From: a virus
Taxonomy: Duplodnaviria; Caudoviricetes
Strand: one strand, 5' to 3'
IMG/VR virus record: IMGVR_UViG_3300037420_000127
Coordinates: 1 to 38,126 of that record
Length of the DNA: 38,126 nt
In this document: piece after piece, positions 22,908 to 32,947 of the stretch
Numbering within the stretch: the first letter of the stretch is position 1
Layout: each line of letters opens with the position of its first letter
Position numbers and translations under genes: made by a program
The notes under the pieces: generated by a model
Databases searched by the model: none
What the model was told of the DNA's origin: nothing
The model's input: only the letters and a program-made list of their open reading frames with translations

Positions 22908-24510
22908 TAAATGGGGACAGGCGATCGCGGGCGCTGTAGTCGGCGCTGCGATCCTTGCTGCGCAACCGGCGCAAGCTGATCCACAACCGACACAAAACGT
23001 CGCTTGGGGCTTCCTTAAGGGAACGTCGCAAGAATTCGCGTTGCGAACGAACGCGAGCCATATCCTATATCACGGCACGCGCGGTCCGGGGAAAACGGAT
23101 TGCCAGCTTGTGCGTTTCGCGCAGAATGTGGGGATAGGTTACGGTTCGTATTGGCGCGGCGTAATCTTCGATCGAAAGTACAAGAACCTTGACGACTTGA
23201 TTATCAAGTCGAAGCGTATCTTTCGTTCTATCTTCGGCGATCGCTGCAAATTCCTTGAAAGCAAGGGCGATTACAAATGGGTTTGGGATACCGGCGAAGA
23301 ACTAATGTTTCGCCAGTTCTTGAAGCCGGACGATTATTGGAACTATCACGGACAGGAATTCCCGTTCATCGGTTGGAACGAACTTTGTAAGTATCCGACT
23401 TCCGATCCGTACGATAGCATGATGAGTTGCAACCGTTCGTCTTGGACGCAAGACAAAAACGGCGTATGGCTTGAAGACGAAAAGCGTTGGAACCTTCCGC
23501 CGATCCCGCTTGAAGTCTTCAGTACGACCAATCCGTACGGTCCGGGCCACAATTGGGTTAAGGCGAAGTTCATTGACGTTGCGCCGTTTGGCGAAAAGTA
23601 CATTACGACGGTTAAGGTATTCCATCCGGCGTTGAAGCGTGAAGTTGAAGTTCAACGCAAGCAAGTTTCGATCTTCGGTTCGTACAAAGAAAATCCGTAT
23701 CTTGATCCGCTCTACATTGCGGAACTCGAAAGCATTACCGATCCGAACAAGCGCGCGGCTTGGCTTGAAGGCGATTGGGATATTGTTGCTGGCGGCGCGT
23801 TAGACGACGTTTGGCGCAAGGAAAAGCATATCTTACCGCGCTTCCCTGTTCCGCATACGTGGCGCGTCGATCGCGCGCTAGATTGGGGCAGTTCGCATCC
23901 GTGTTCAATCGGTTGGTTTGCTGAAGCCAACGGCGAAGAAGCCGTTATTGAATTCAGCGACGGCACGATCCGCACATTCTGTCCGCCCGCCGGAACGCTG
24001 ATCCAAATTGGCGAAGTGTATCGGACGGAGAAGATCGGATCGAACAAAGGCAAGGTTGAAAGCGCCGCGACGGTTGCGCAGCACATTATTGATTATGAAG
24101 TTCAGCTTATGCGCGACGGTTGGATTGAAAACCAACCTTGGCCGGGACCGGCGGACAACCAAATTCGCGACGTACGCGAAATTGACGTTGATACGATCGA
24201 AAAGAAGTTCGCCGATAAGGGCATTCGTTGGGAACAGTCCGACAAGTCGCCCGGCTCGCGCAAGAACGGCTTGCAGTTGATCCGCGATCGGTTAGAAGCG
24301 GTGTTGAAAGGCCGCGAAGAACCACAGCTTTACTTCATGGACAATTGCCGGGCGTCGATCGCAACGTTGCCCACGCTACCGCGCGACGAAGACGATCCCG
24401 ACGACGTTGACACGGAAGCCGAAGATCACCCTTACGATATGGTTCGTTATCGTGTACTGAAGGGGGCGAACCGGCTCGCGAAGGGCTTGAAGACGAAGCA
24501 CGCGACTTAG
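22876..24510 (+). CDS. terL: Terminase large subunit
   Basis: Walker A GTRGPGKT, Walker B FIGWNE, TTNP, nuclease DWGS and DHPYDMVRY. Confidence 0.95.
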   Translation: MRVPPDKSQRNKWGQAIAGAVVGAAILAAQPAQADPQPTQNVAWGFLKGTSQEFALRTNASHILYHGTRGPGKTDCQLVRFAQNVGIGYGSYWRGVIFDRKYKNLDDLIIKSKRIFRSIFGDRCKFLESKGDYKWVWDTGEELMFRQFLKPDDYWNYHGQEFPFIGWNELCKYPTSDPYDSMMSCNRSSWTQDKNGVWLEDEKRWNLPPIPLEVFSTTNPYGPGHNWVKAKFIDVAPFGEKYITTVKVFHPALKREVEVQRKQVSIFGSYKENPYLDPLYIAELESITDPNKRAAWLEGDWDIVAGGALDDVWRKEKHILPRFPVPHTWRVDRALDWGSSHPCSIGWFAEANGEEAVIEFSDGTIRTFCPPAGTLIQIGEVYRTEKIGSNKGKVESAATVAQHIIDYEVQLMRDGWIENQPWPGPADNQIRDVREIDVDTIEKKFADKGIRWEQSDKSPGSRKNGLQLIRDRLEAVLKGREEPQLYFMDNCRASIATLPTLPRDEDDPDDVDTEAEDHPYDMVRYRVLKGANRLAKGLKTKHAT

Positions 24511-24526
24511 GTTTTGGGGGGATTTA

Positions 24527-26056
24527 ATGCCGAACGTAGTCTTCATTCATCCCGACGTGCGCAAGTTGCTTCCGTCGTATGAAACGATCCGCGATTGCCT
24601 TGACGGCGAAGTTCAAATCAAGTTTCGCCGAACCAAGTATCTTCCAATGCCGAACCCGGACGACATGTCCGCCGAAAACGTCGCACGGTATAACGCGTAT
24701 ATCACGCGCGCCGTATTCTATAACGTAGCGCAAAACACGCAAGCCGGACTTGTCGGACAAGTGTTCATGCGCGAACCGGCGGTCAAGATACCGTCGACGC
24801 TTGACGCGGTTGTTACCGATGCGACCGGAACCGGCGTGCCGCTCGTACAGGAAGCGCAGCGCGCTACCGGCTATGTTGTGGGCTTTGGCCGGGCCGGGTT
24901 GTACGTCGACTTCCCCGCGACGAACATTGCCGACACGTCGACGCAAAACGGGCAGGGAACCGTTGAAGGCGTCGAAAACGCCGTTACGCTCGCCGACATT
25001 GAAACCGGCGACGTACGCCCGACAATGCGCGTAATTCCGCCTTGGGATATCATCAACTATCGCGTCATTCGTCGCGGTGCGAAGATTGTCCTTTCGCTCG
25101 TCGTCTTTCGCGAAGACGCGATCATTGACGACGACGGGTTCGAAACCCGCAAAATGGATCAGTGGCGCGTTCTTCGCTTGGACAAGGACGGCTTTTACGT
25201 AATCGAAGTCTATCGTACACGAACCGGCAACAAGCCGGACGAAACGTACATTCCGACGGACGCGGCGGGCAACCGTCTAAAGGATATCGGCTTTACGTTC
25301 ATGGGCGCGTTCAACAACGAACCGAAGCCCGGTCCTATGCCGATGTACGCGCTTTGCGCGCTGAACGTCGCGCACTATCGCAACAGCGCCGATTACGAAG
25401 AAGCCGTCTATCAGCTTGGACAGCCTACCGCATGGTTCGGCGGGCTTACCGAACAATGGGTCAAGGAAGTGCTAGGCGGCGTTATCCGTCTAGGCTCGCG
25501 CACCGCTATTCCGCTACCGGCGAATTCAAGCGCCGGGTTGCTTCAAGTTGAGCCTAACACAATGGCGAAAGAAGCAATGGATCAGAAAGAAGCGCAAATG
25601 ATTGCGCTTGGCGCGAAGCTTGTCGAAGCGTCGCAAACGCAACGCACCGCGACGGAAGCGGATTACGACAACATTTCCGAAACGTCGATCCTGTCTTCAA
25701 CCGCAAGCAACGTTAGCGAAGCCTTCGAATGGGGGCTTCAGTACGCTTCGCAGTTCGTCGGCGCGAAAGACGAAACGATCGAATACGACTTGAACACGGA
25801 ATTCGATCTAGTCAACCTTACGCCGGAAGAACGCCGCCAGCTTATCAGCGAATGGCAGTCCGGCGCGATCACCTTCGAAGAAATGCGCGACAACCTTCGT
25901 CGCGGCGGCATTGCAACGCTTGACGACGCGGCGGCGAAGACGAAGATCGCAGCCGAAAACGCCGAACGCATGGCCGAAGAAGTTGCCCACGCGGCGGCGC
26001 TCGCCGCGCCCGGCGGTAACGTTGACAAGAACGCTGATCCCGCCGCTGCGCAGTAA
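24527..26056 (+). CDS. Portal protein (DUF4055-like)
   Basis: Follows TerL; YLP...RY..Y..RA.FYN, LNVAHYRNSADYE, MIALGAKL. Confidence 0.9.
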   Translation: MPNVVFIHPDVRKLLPSYETIRDCLDGEVQIKFRRTKYLPMPNPDDMSAENVARYNAYITRAVFYNVAQNTQAGLVGQVFMREPAVKIPSTLDAVVTDATGTGVPLVQEAQRATGYVVGFGRAGLYVDFPATNIADTSTQNGQGTVEGVENAVTLADIETGDVRPTMRVIPPWDIINYRVIRRGAKIVLSLVVFREDAIIDDDGFETRKMDQWRVLRLDKDGFYVIEVYRTRTGNKPDETYIPTDAAGNRLKDIGFTFMGAFNNEPKPGPMPMYALCALNVAHYRNSADYEEAVYQLGQPTAWFGGLTEQWVKEVLGGVIRLGSRTAIPLPANSSAGLLQVEPNTMAKEAMDQKEAQMIALGAKLVEASQTQRTATEADYDNISETSILSSTASNVSEAFEWGLQYASQFVGAKDETIEYDLNTEFDLVNLTPEERRQLISEWQSGAITFEEMRDNLRRGGIATLDDAAAKTKIAAENAERMAEEVAHAAALAAPGGNVDKNADPAAAQ

Positions 26057-27000
26057 TGGCGTCGCTACTCGATATTACGCTTCGTCGGCAAATATACGTC
26101 GAAGGGCTGAAGTTCGGACGTGCGTTGAACGTGCATGTCGCGATCTTGAAGCTTAACGACGAATTGCGATCGCAGCTTGCACAAGTCGACTTCAAGGACT
26201 TGTCCGATCTAACGCAAGTTGAATTGCGGAAGCTGATCCGTCGATTGAAGGACGCCGCGAAGCGTATATTCGATCCTTGGTTGTCGACGTTGCTTGATTG
26301 GCTTCGCGATTACGTCAACGCCGATCACGATATGCTTTACCGGCTGTACAACAGCGCCGGGCACGGCGACGGCGTTCCCGACGATCGCAAAGACAAGAAC
26401 GCGTTGTTCGCCGCTTACTCGCGCGTGCCTATGGCGGCGACGGGCACGCTTGCCGTTCCGTTCCTTACTGCGATCGGCCTTATGGCAGCGGTCAAGATCG
26501 AACGCGCGGTTATGATTGCGAAGATGAACCGTGCGTCTAAAGACGATTTGATCCGCGCGTTGACCGGCTCGCCCCAACTAGGGCGCGGCGGTACGACAGA
26601 CGAATTGGATCGCGCGGCGAAAGCGGCAACGAATACGGTTCTTGCGCATTTGGCAGCGCAAGTTAGCGACGACGTATCCGGCAAGCTGTTCGGCCATTAT
26701 CAATGGGTTTCGATACTCGACAATCGCACAACGCCGATTTGCATTGATCGCAACGGTAACGTGTACGTGTACGGCAAGGGTCCAATGCCGCCCGCGCACG
26801 TCAATTGCCGATCGACAACCGTTCCGTTGCTTGACGGGGCGGCGATCGACGTTCCCGCGACGTTCAAGTTGTGGGCAGATTTGCAGCCGTCCGAATTCGT
26901 GAAGGACGCACTAGACGGACGGTTAACGGCGGCATATGAAGGTACTTCAGCCCTTTCACTTGCCGACTACATCGCGAAAGAAAGGCTGATCGGAGCTTAA
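26056..27000 (+). CDS. Minor head protein (SPP1 gp7 / Mu gpF-like)
   Basis: QWVSILDNRTTPIC...PPAHVNCRST. Confidence 0.88.
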   Translation: MASLLDITLRRQIYVEGLKFGRALNVHVAILKLNDELRSQLAQVDFKDLSDLTQVELRKLIRRLKDAAKRIFDPWLSTLLDWLRDYVNADHDMLYRLYNSAGHGDGVPDDRKDKNALFAAYSRVPMAATGTLAVPFLTAIGLMAAVKIERAVMIAKMNRASKDDLIRALTGSPQLGRGGTTDELDRAAKAATNTVLAHLAAQVSDDVSGKLFGHYQWVSILDNRTTPICIDRNGNVYVYGKGPMPPAHVNCRSTTVPLLDGAAIDVPATFKLWADLQPSEFVKDALDGRLTAAYEGTSALSLADYIAKERLIGA

Positions 27001-27016
27001 CCGGGAAGGACAACCA

Positions 27017-27700
27017 ATGGCAGTCAAGTTCAAGATTACTAAGGCGCAATACGACGCGCTTTCGGACGAACTCAAGAAAGAATACGTCGCGGGCGACACA
27101 GACGGCGAATTCGTTCTTGACGTGAACGGCTTACCGGAACCGGAAGATACCGGCCCGCTGAAGCGCGGCCTTGAAGCCGAAAAGAACAAAACGAAGGAAC
27201 TGAAGCGCTCGCTTGACGAAGCCAAGGCGAAGCTTGCCGACGTGCCGGACGTGGAAGCGATCAACAAGGCGCACGCCGAAGAAAAGGCGAAGCTTACGAA
27301 GTTCGTCGACAAGACATTGAAGGAAAGCGTTGCGAACGGCCTTGCCGCGAAGATCAGCACCGCCCCGACTTTGCTCGCGCCGAAGATCGCGGAGCGTATC
27401 GCCGTCGACATGACCGGCGACGAACCGAAGACGGTTTTTCTCGGCAAGGACGGCAAGCCGGACGCCAATCTAACACTCGAAAAAATTCGCGACGAAGTAG
27501 TTGCAAATCCCGAATACAAGTCTATTATCATCGCATCGAAGGCAAGCGGCGGCGGTGCCCCGGTGTCGACGATCAAGCCCCTTGGCGGCGGTGCCCCGAA
27601 GGACGGCGAACAAGGCAAATTCGATGCGTCGACCGCAAGTGGTAAAGACCTTGCCGCCGCGATCGCAGCAAAGAAGGAAGCCGCAGCGCAACAACAATAG
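27017..27700 (+). CDS. Capsid scaffolding protein
   Basis: Charged coiled coil, KASGGGA, directly upstream of the MCP. Confidence 0.8.
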   Translation: MAVKFKITKAQYDALSDELKKEYVAGDTDGEFVLDVNGLPEPEDTGPLKRGLEAEKNKTKELKRSLDEAKAKLADVPDVEAINKAHAEEKAKLTKFVDKTLKESVANGLAAKISTAPTLLAPKIAERIAVDMTGDEPKTVFLGKDGKPDANLTLEKIRDEVVANPEYKSIIIASKASGGGAPVSTIKPLGGGAPKDGEQGKFDASTASGKDLAAAIAAKKEAAAQQQ

Positions 27701-27756
27701 GGCGCGCAGTTCGATCGTTCGTAATACGGCGAAGACTGCGCGATTTGGGGGTTTCA

Positions 27757-28731
27757 ATGGCACTTTCCGATCTTGCAGTCTTTTCCGAATACACTTACGA
27801 AGCCATGACGGAAGTTTTGGCGCAGCAAGTGGATTTGTTCAACGCCGCGTCCGGCGGAACGATCATTCTCGCAGCGGGCGCACATCAGGGCGACTACAGC
27901 GATACGGCCTTTTGGGCCGCTGTTCAGGGACTTGTCCGCCGTCGTAACGCATACGGCGCGGGCGCTGTCGCTGAAAAGAACCTTCAGCATCTTGTTGATA
28001 CGATGGTGAAGGTTGCCGCTGGCACGCCCCCGGTTCGCATCGATCCTTCGCAGTTCGAATGGATACAGCGCAATCAGGAAGAAGGCGGCGCGGTTTACGG
28101 ACAGCAGCTTGCCAAGGCGACGCTCGCCGACATGCTGAACACCGCGATTGCCGCATACGTCGCGGCGACTGTCGGACACGCCGACGTTCTTTACGACGGC
28201 ACCGCCGACAAGGCGAAGCTTACCACGCTGAACGAAGGGCAGCGGAAGTTCGGCGATCGTTCGACGGACCTTCGCGCTTGGCTCATGCATTCCGATTGCA
28301 TGTTCGATATCTTCGGCGCGGCACTGGCGAACACGGAACGTCTGTTCACGTTCGGCACTGTCAACGTTCGTACCGACGGTTTCGGTCGTCCGTTCATTGT
28401 GACGGACAGCGACAACTTGACGTACCCGGACGACGACGGCGCCGGTCCGCACGTTGCGGGCAAGTACATCGCCGGCCTTACTTCGGCTGCGATCCGCGTC
28501 GACATGAACGGCGACTTCGTTCAGAACGTGCAGACGCTGAACGGTGACGAGAATATCAAGCGTACGATCCAGTCGGAATGGTCGTACAATCTCGGCATCA
28601 AGGGTTACGCTTGGGATAAGACGAACGGCGGCAAGTCGCCGAACGACGCGGCCCTTGCGACCGGCACGAATTGGGATCGCTACGCAACGTCCTTCAAGGA
28701 CACGGCGGGCGTTCTTATCAAGGTTCAGTAA
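27757..28731 (+). CDS. Major capsid protein
   Basis: FNAASGGTI, KFGDRS, WLMHS, GIKGYAWDKTNGGKSP...TGTNWD...KDTAGV; followed by a terminator. Confidence 0.92.
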   Translation: MALSDLAVFSEYTYEAMTEVLAQQVDLFNAASGGTIILAAGAHQGDYSDTAFWAAVQGLVRRRNAYGAGAVAEKNLQHLVDTMVKVAAGTPPVRIDPSQFEWIQRNQEEGGAVYGQQLAKATLADMLNTAIAAYVAATVGHADVLYDGTADKAKLTTLNEGQRKFGDRSTDLRAWLMHSDCMFDIFGAALANTERLFTFGTVNVRTDGFGRPFIVTDSDNLTYPDDDGAGPHVAGKYIAGLTSAAIRVDMNGDFVQNVQTLNGDENIKRTIQSEWSYNLGIKGYAWDKTNGGKSPNDAALATGTNWDRYATSFKDTAGVLIKVQ

Positions 28732-28747
28732 CCGCTGAACCGCGGAT

Positions 28748-28778
28748 TGGGGCGGTCGCAAGTCGATCGCCCCATTTC
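28748..28778 (+). terminator. Probable terminator after the MCP
   Basis: TGGGGCGGTCG-CAAGT-CGATCGCCCCA-TTTC. Confidence 0.6.
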
Positions 28779-28819
28779 GTGCAACCGCCGCAATCGTCAA
28801 CTTAACCGGGACAACGAAT

Positions 28820-29191
28820 ATGATCCGCAGTTTGAAGAAGGTTCTTTACTTCATCGCCGGGCCGGTTCCTTCGGACGCTGAACGCGAAGACGCCGAACAG
28901 TATTTCAACGGCAAGTCGACCGTCGCATTCCGCAATGCGAGCAAGGTCAACAAAGACGAAGCGATCGAAGCCTTCGATATCGTCGCCGGGCGCGTCCCGG
29001 CCAACTATGCCGCCGCTGCGCTCGAAAAGGGCGAAGACGCCATGAAGGGCGCGCCGATCGTCGACGCCGCCACGGTGCCCGCCGGAAGCCCGCTGGAAGG
29101 CAAGGACGACGGGAAGGGCGCTGGCAAGCCCGGCGCGGCTCCCAAGCCGCCTGAAGGCAAGCCGGACGCCGGTTGGAAGCCTAACGCTTAA
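28820..29191 (+). CDS. Virion-associated hypothetical protein
   Basis: KVLYFIAGPVP...FRNA...VAGRVP..Y; lies between the MCP and the adaptor. Confidence 0.75.
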   Translation: MIRSLKKVLYFIAGPVPSDAEREDAEQYFNGKSTVAFRNASKVNKDEAIEAFDIVAGRVPANYAAAALEKGEDAMKGAPIVDAATVPAGSPLEGKDDGKGAGKPGAAPKPPEGKPDAGWKPNA

Positions 29192-29211
29192 CAGGGGGCG
29201 GGGGAAGTCGC

Positions 29212-29742
29212 GTGCCGCTGATCGTAGAAGATGGAACGGGGACAAATCCGGAAGCGAACAGCTACGCTGATCGCTCGGCTTTGATCGACTATGCAGCGGC
29301 ACGCGGCGTAACGCTTGCCGACGACGAAACGACGGATATCCTTGCAATCGCTGCAATGGATTATCTCGAAAGCAAGGATTACAAGGGCGATCAAGTTAGT
29401 ACGACGCAACCGTTGCAATGGCCGCGCGGAAGCGTCGTATTGACGACAACGACAAGCGACGTTTACGGTTCGTTTCCGACGCCTGTTTTCGCACCGTCGG
29501 ACGAAGTTCCGGCGGGGATAAGCAAAGCGCAATGCGAACTTGTTCTTCAAGCGAAGAACGGCGTTTCGCTGTTGCCCACGCGAGCCGCCGGACAGATTAT
29601 CAAGTCTGAAAAGCTTGACGTAATCGAAACCGAATACTTCGAAAACGGCGGACTTATCATGCCGCTTATGCCGCGTGTCGACGCACTGTTGAAACCGTTC
29701 TTGAAGGTTGGGTTCGGGCCGCTTGCGGCGGTCCGTGCCTAA
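29212..29742 (+). CDS. Head-tail adaptor (DnaT-like family)
   Basis: LIVEDGTG...ANSY...AMDYLE...QPLQWPR...AQCEL. Confidence 0.85.
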   Translation: MPLIVEDGTGTNPEANSYADRSALIDYAAARGVTLADDETTDILAIAAMDYLESKDYKGDQVSTTQPLQWPRGSVVLTTTTSDVYGSFPTPVFAPSDEVPAGISKAQCELVLQAKNGVSLLPTRAAGQIIKSEKLDVIETEYFENGGLIMPLMPRVDALLKPFLKVGFGPLAAVRA

Positions 29743-30128
29743 TGGACATTAACCGCGCGATCGCGACCGCTAAGCGGTTGATCGAAGCGAACGGACAGTC
29801 GGTCCTTTGGCGCGTGCCGTTTCGTGCATCGCCGGTCGATCAGCCTTGGCGCGATACGGAAGCGGGCGATCCGATCGATACGCCGGTCAAGATATTGTGG
29901 GTTACGCCTAAGTTTCGAACAATGGCATTCCTTCAATTGCTGAAGGGCACTGACATTCCGATCGGAACCGAAGAAGCGCTTATGCCCGCGTATGCGTTCA
30001 CGCCGGATCAGACGGATTTGCTAGTCGTCGACGGCGTTGAACAGTCGCTTTATCGGATTGATCCGTTGAAGCCGAACGGCGTTCCTGTCTTTTATCGACT
30101 GTACGTCAATCGCGCGGGGGCAGCATGA
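29742..30128 (+). CDS. Head closure / stopper protein
   Basis: Position; AKRLIEANGQ...PLKPNG. Confidence 0.7.
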   Translation: MDINRAIATAKRLIEANGQSVLWRVPFRASPVDQPWRDTEAGDPIDTPVKILWVTPKFRTMAFLQLLKGTDIPIGTEEALMPAYAFTPDQTDLLVVDGVEQSLYRIDPLKPNGVPVFYRLYVNRAGAA

Positions 30129-30571
30129 TCGATCAAGCTTCAGCGCTAGACGACATTCGCGCGCACTTCCTCGCCGGTTGGAACGCTTCGACGGTTCTTG
30201 ATCCAATGCCGCCGATCCGTTGGCAGGGCAAACCGGACGCGACGCTTCCGCCGGACTTTTACGCGTACTTCGCGCACCGCATTTTGAAGTCGCCGCAAGA
30301 CGCGTTTATGACGGATACGGGCGGCGGTTCGAAGCCGGTTTACGAAACGGACGGCTTGCTTTCGATCACGGTTTACGCCGGAATGAAAGCGGCGGACGCG
30401 AACCACATTGGCGGCTTGCTTGCGCAGCGTGCGCGAGATATATTCCGGGGCAGCGAAACAAACGGCGGCGTTTGGTTCCGCAACGCACGGTCCGATGAAC
30501 TTGAAAACGACGGTCAACATTATCGATATCTCGTAACCGTCGCGTTCACGTTTTCCGAGATAGGGGGTTAA
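30125..30571 (+). CDS. Tail terminator protein
   Basis: Directly before the tail tube gene; GLLSITVY...GGVWFRNAR. Confidence 0.7.
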   Translation: MIDQASALDDIRAHFLAGWNASTVLDPMPPIRWQGKPDATLPPDFYAYFAHRILKSPQDAFMTDTGGGSKPVYETDGLLSITVYAGMKAADANHIGGLLAQRARDIFRGSETNGGVWFRNARSDELENDGQHYRYLVTVAFTFSEIGG

Positions 30572-30572
30572 A

Positions 30573-32078
30573 ATGACGATCGAAAAGCAAGACAGTAACG
30601 TTGTCGGACTAAACATCGCGCGAGCGCAGCCGGACGGCACGCTTGGCGCAAATCCGGTTTTTCGCCAGCGCGAGCCGAACACCTTTTCGGACATGGGCGG
30701 CGACTATAAGTCGACCGCGCGTCGTCCGTTCAATCCGACGCGCCAGCGACGCAAGGGAACGATCGTCGATCTTGACGCGAAGGGCGGCTATACCGAAGAC
30801 GTAACCGCGTCGAACATGGTCGATATCGTCGAAGACGCGTTTTACGCCAACGCGCACCGCAAGCCGAACCAAACCGGCGTTGCCGCTGTTGCCGCAACCG
30901 ACGATTACACCGTTGGCGATAGCACCGGCTTTCACGTCAATTCGCTGATCCTTGGTAGCGGCTTCGCGAACGCCGCGAACAACGGCCTTCACGTTCTTGA
31001 CGCGATCACGGACGGAACGCACATTTCGACGGCGGACGCGCTTGTTGACGAAGCGCTGAACGCGGAAGCAACCGTTGAAGTTGTGGGCTTTCAGTTCCCG
31101 GCTTCCGACGTTGCCCTTACGGTTGTCGGCGGCGTCCTTCGCCTGACTTCGGCGACGGTCGACATGACGACGCTTGGCATGATCCCCGGCGAATGGGGCT
31201 TCCTTGGCGGCGACGCCGCCGGGACGCACTTCGACGACATGCCGCCCGCGTACGTTCGCGTTTCGGCAGTCGCGGCGGATCATATCGACTTCGACAAGAC
31301 TTCGGCAACCGCAGCGGCGGACGCCGGGGCCGGGAAGACGATCCGGCTGTTCTTCGGCACGGTCGTTCGCAACGAAGCCGATCCCGACTTGATCGTTCGA
31401 CACGAACTGTACGTCGAACGCTTGCTTGGCAACGACGGCGACGGCGTTCAGTCCGAAGTTATCGAACGGGCGATCGTCGACGAACTGAATTGGACTTCGC
31501 CGCTTGCCGAAAAGGTCAACGTCGATATCAAGCTTATGGGCTTGGCGCATACGACGTACACCGGCGCGGAAGGTCCGCTTTCAGCGCAGCCCGGCGCTAC
31601 GCTTCTTCCGGCGTTCGGCGAAGACGCGATCAACACTTCTTCGAACCTTTTCCGCGCGCGACTGAATATCGTCGACGGCACGCTTTCGCCGACGCCGTTG
31701 TTCGCTCGCGTTACCGAATGGAATATGGACTTCAAGAACAACGCGTCGATCGACAAGGCGCAAGGCACGCTTGGCGGCTTTGACAGCACGGCGGGCATGT
31801 TCGAAGTGTCCGGCAAGATCAAGGCGTACTTTACGACGGTTGCCGCTATTTCGGCGATCCGCAACAACAACGACGTAACGTTCGACGCGATCTATTCGAA
31901 GAACAACCGTGCGATCGCGCTCGACATTCCGTTGATCCAGCTTGGCGGCGGACTTGCGACGATCGAAATGGACAAGCCGATTTTCCTTCCGCTGAATATG
32001 GATGCTGCACAGCATCCGTTCGGCCATACCGCGCTTGTAACGTTCTTCAGCTACGTTCCGAACGCGGCGCTGGCTTAA
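30573..32078 (+). CDS. Major tail tube protein
   Basis: 501 aa; DSN..GL, RQRRKGTIVDLDA, AYF..V.A..AIRNN.DVT; followed by a terminator and chaperone genes. Confidence 0.85.
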   Translation: MTIEKQDSNVVGLNIARAQPDGTLGANPVFRQREPNTFSDMGGDYKSTARRPFNPTRQRRKGTIVDLDAKGGYTEDVTASNMVDIVEDAFYANAHRKPNQTGVAAVAATDDYTVGDSTGFHVNSLILGSGFANAANNGLHVLDAITDGTHISTADALVDEALNAEATVEVVGFQFPASDVALTVVGGVLRLTSATVDMTTLGMIPGEWGFLGGDAAGTHFDDMPPAYVRVSAVAADHIDFDKTSATAAADAGAGKTIRLFFGTVVRNEADPDLIVRHELYVERLLGNDGDGVQSEVIERAIVDELNWTSPLAEKVNVDIKLMGLAHTTYTGAEGPLSAQPGATLLPAFGEDAINTSSNLFRARLNIVDGTLSPTPLFARVTEWNMDFKNNASIDKAQGTLGGFDSTAGMFEVSGKIKAYFTTVAAISAIRNNNDVTFDAIYSKNNRAIALDIPLIQLGGGLATIEMDKPIFLPLNMDAAQHPFGHTALVTFFSYVPNAALA

Positions 32079-32112
32079 CGCTTGCTTCGCCTCTAAAGGC
32101 GTCGTAAGCAAT

Positions 32113-32146
32113 GACGGGCGGGGGTTTCGATCCCCGCCCGTTTCTA
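32113..32146 (+). terminator. Intrinsic terminator (UUCG loop)
   Basis: GACGGGCGGGGGT-TTCG-ATCCCCGCCCGTT-TCT. Confidence 0.7.
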
Positions 32147-32165
32147 TACCGGGGAAGGGCAATCA

Positions 32166-32609
32166 ATGGGACTTCGTAAGAACTTCGCGACCGATCGCGC
32201 GCTTGAAAACGACGGCGTTGAAATTGACGTTGATATCAACGAACACAACAATTTACCGATCAAAATTCGCGTCGCGCGTATGTCGAAGTCGAACAAGCGT
32301 TACGCTAAGCGGCTTGAAGAAGCGACACGCCCGCATCAGTCCGCAATCGCGAACGAAACGCTGGATCAGGAACTTGGTTCGAAAATCCTTCGCGAAGTGT
32401 TTGTCGATAGCATCCTTCTAGGATGGTCGAACCTTCCGAAGTCGGAATTGACCGGCGATCCGAAGGAAACCGCCGATCTTCCGTTCAATCGCGAAAACGC
32501 ACTGAAGCTGTTCGAAGAACTGCCAGACGTTTACGACGATTGGGAAGCCCGCGCGAAGAAGGCCGCGAACTTCCGCGAAGCCGAACGGACTTCGAACGCA
32601 AAAAACTAA
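32166..32609 (+). CDS. Tail assembly chaperone (gpG-like)
   Basis: Between tail tube and tape measure; ends A AAA AAC TAA. Confidence 0.85.
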   Translation: MGLRKNFATDRALENDGVEIDVDINEHNNLPIKIRVARMSKSNKRYAKRLEEATRPHQSAIANETLDQELGSKILREVFVDSILLGWSNLPKSELTGDPKETADLPFNRENALKLFEELPDVYDDWEARAKKAANFREAERTSNAKN

Positions 32610-32947
32610 CCGACGTTCTTCTTCATACGCTTCAATGGCCGGAAGAAGAAGAACGCGCCGTCCGCCGCGACTGCGCTAGGGATCGAAGCGAATTGCCGAA
32701 GGCGTTGCAAAACGTCCCGGTTCTTCGCTTCGGCCTTGCGCTCTATTTTAATGCCTTTTGGGATTTGGACACGGAACGCGATCGGCTTAAGCTTGATCCG
32801 ATCGCGCGTTCAGCCGTGTTTCAGTACGCCGTTGATTACGACTTCGACGAATGGCAGTCCGACGATCTTTGGTTCTACATTCGACGAATGGACATGACGG
32901 CGCTTAAATGGCAAAAGGAACAGAAGCCGCCGCCAACGGGGGAATGA
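32600..32947 (+). CDS. Tail chaperone extension (gpGT-like) reached by -1 frameshift
   Basis: Slippery heptamer AAAAAAC at 32600-32606; the -1 frame is open to 32947 (LYFNAFWDLDTER). Confidence 0.8.
   Translation, partial: KKLTDVLLHTLQWPEEEERAVRRDCARDRSELPKALQNVPVLRFGLALYFNAFWDLDTERDRLKLDPIARSAVFQYAVDYDFDEWQSDDLWFYIRRMDMTALKWQKEQKPPPTGE

Noticed and set aside
27754-28800. Long antisense ORFs (also 5653-6453, 30609-31550, 35056-35781)
   Set aside because: They shadow well-supported genes on the other strand, lack recognisable motifs, and are expected from strong codon bias.
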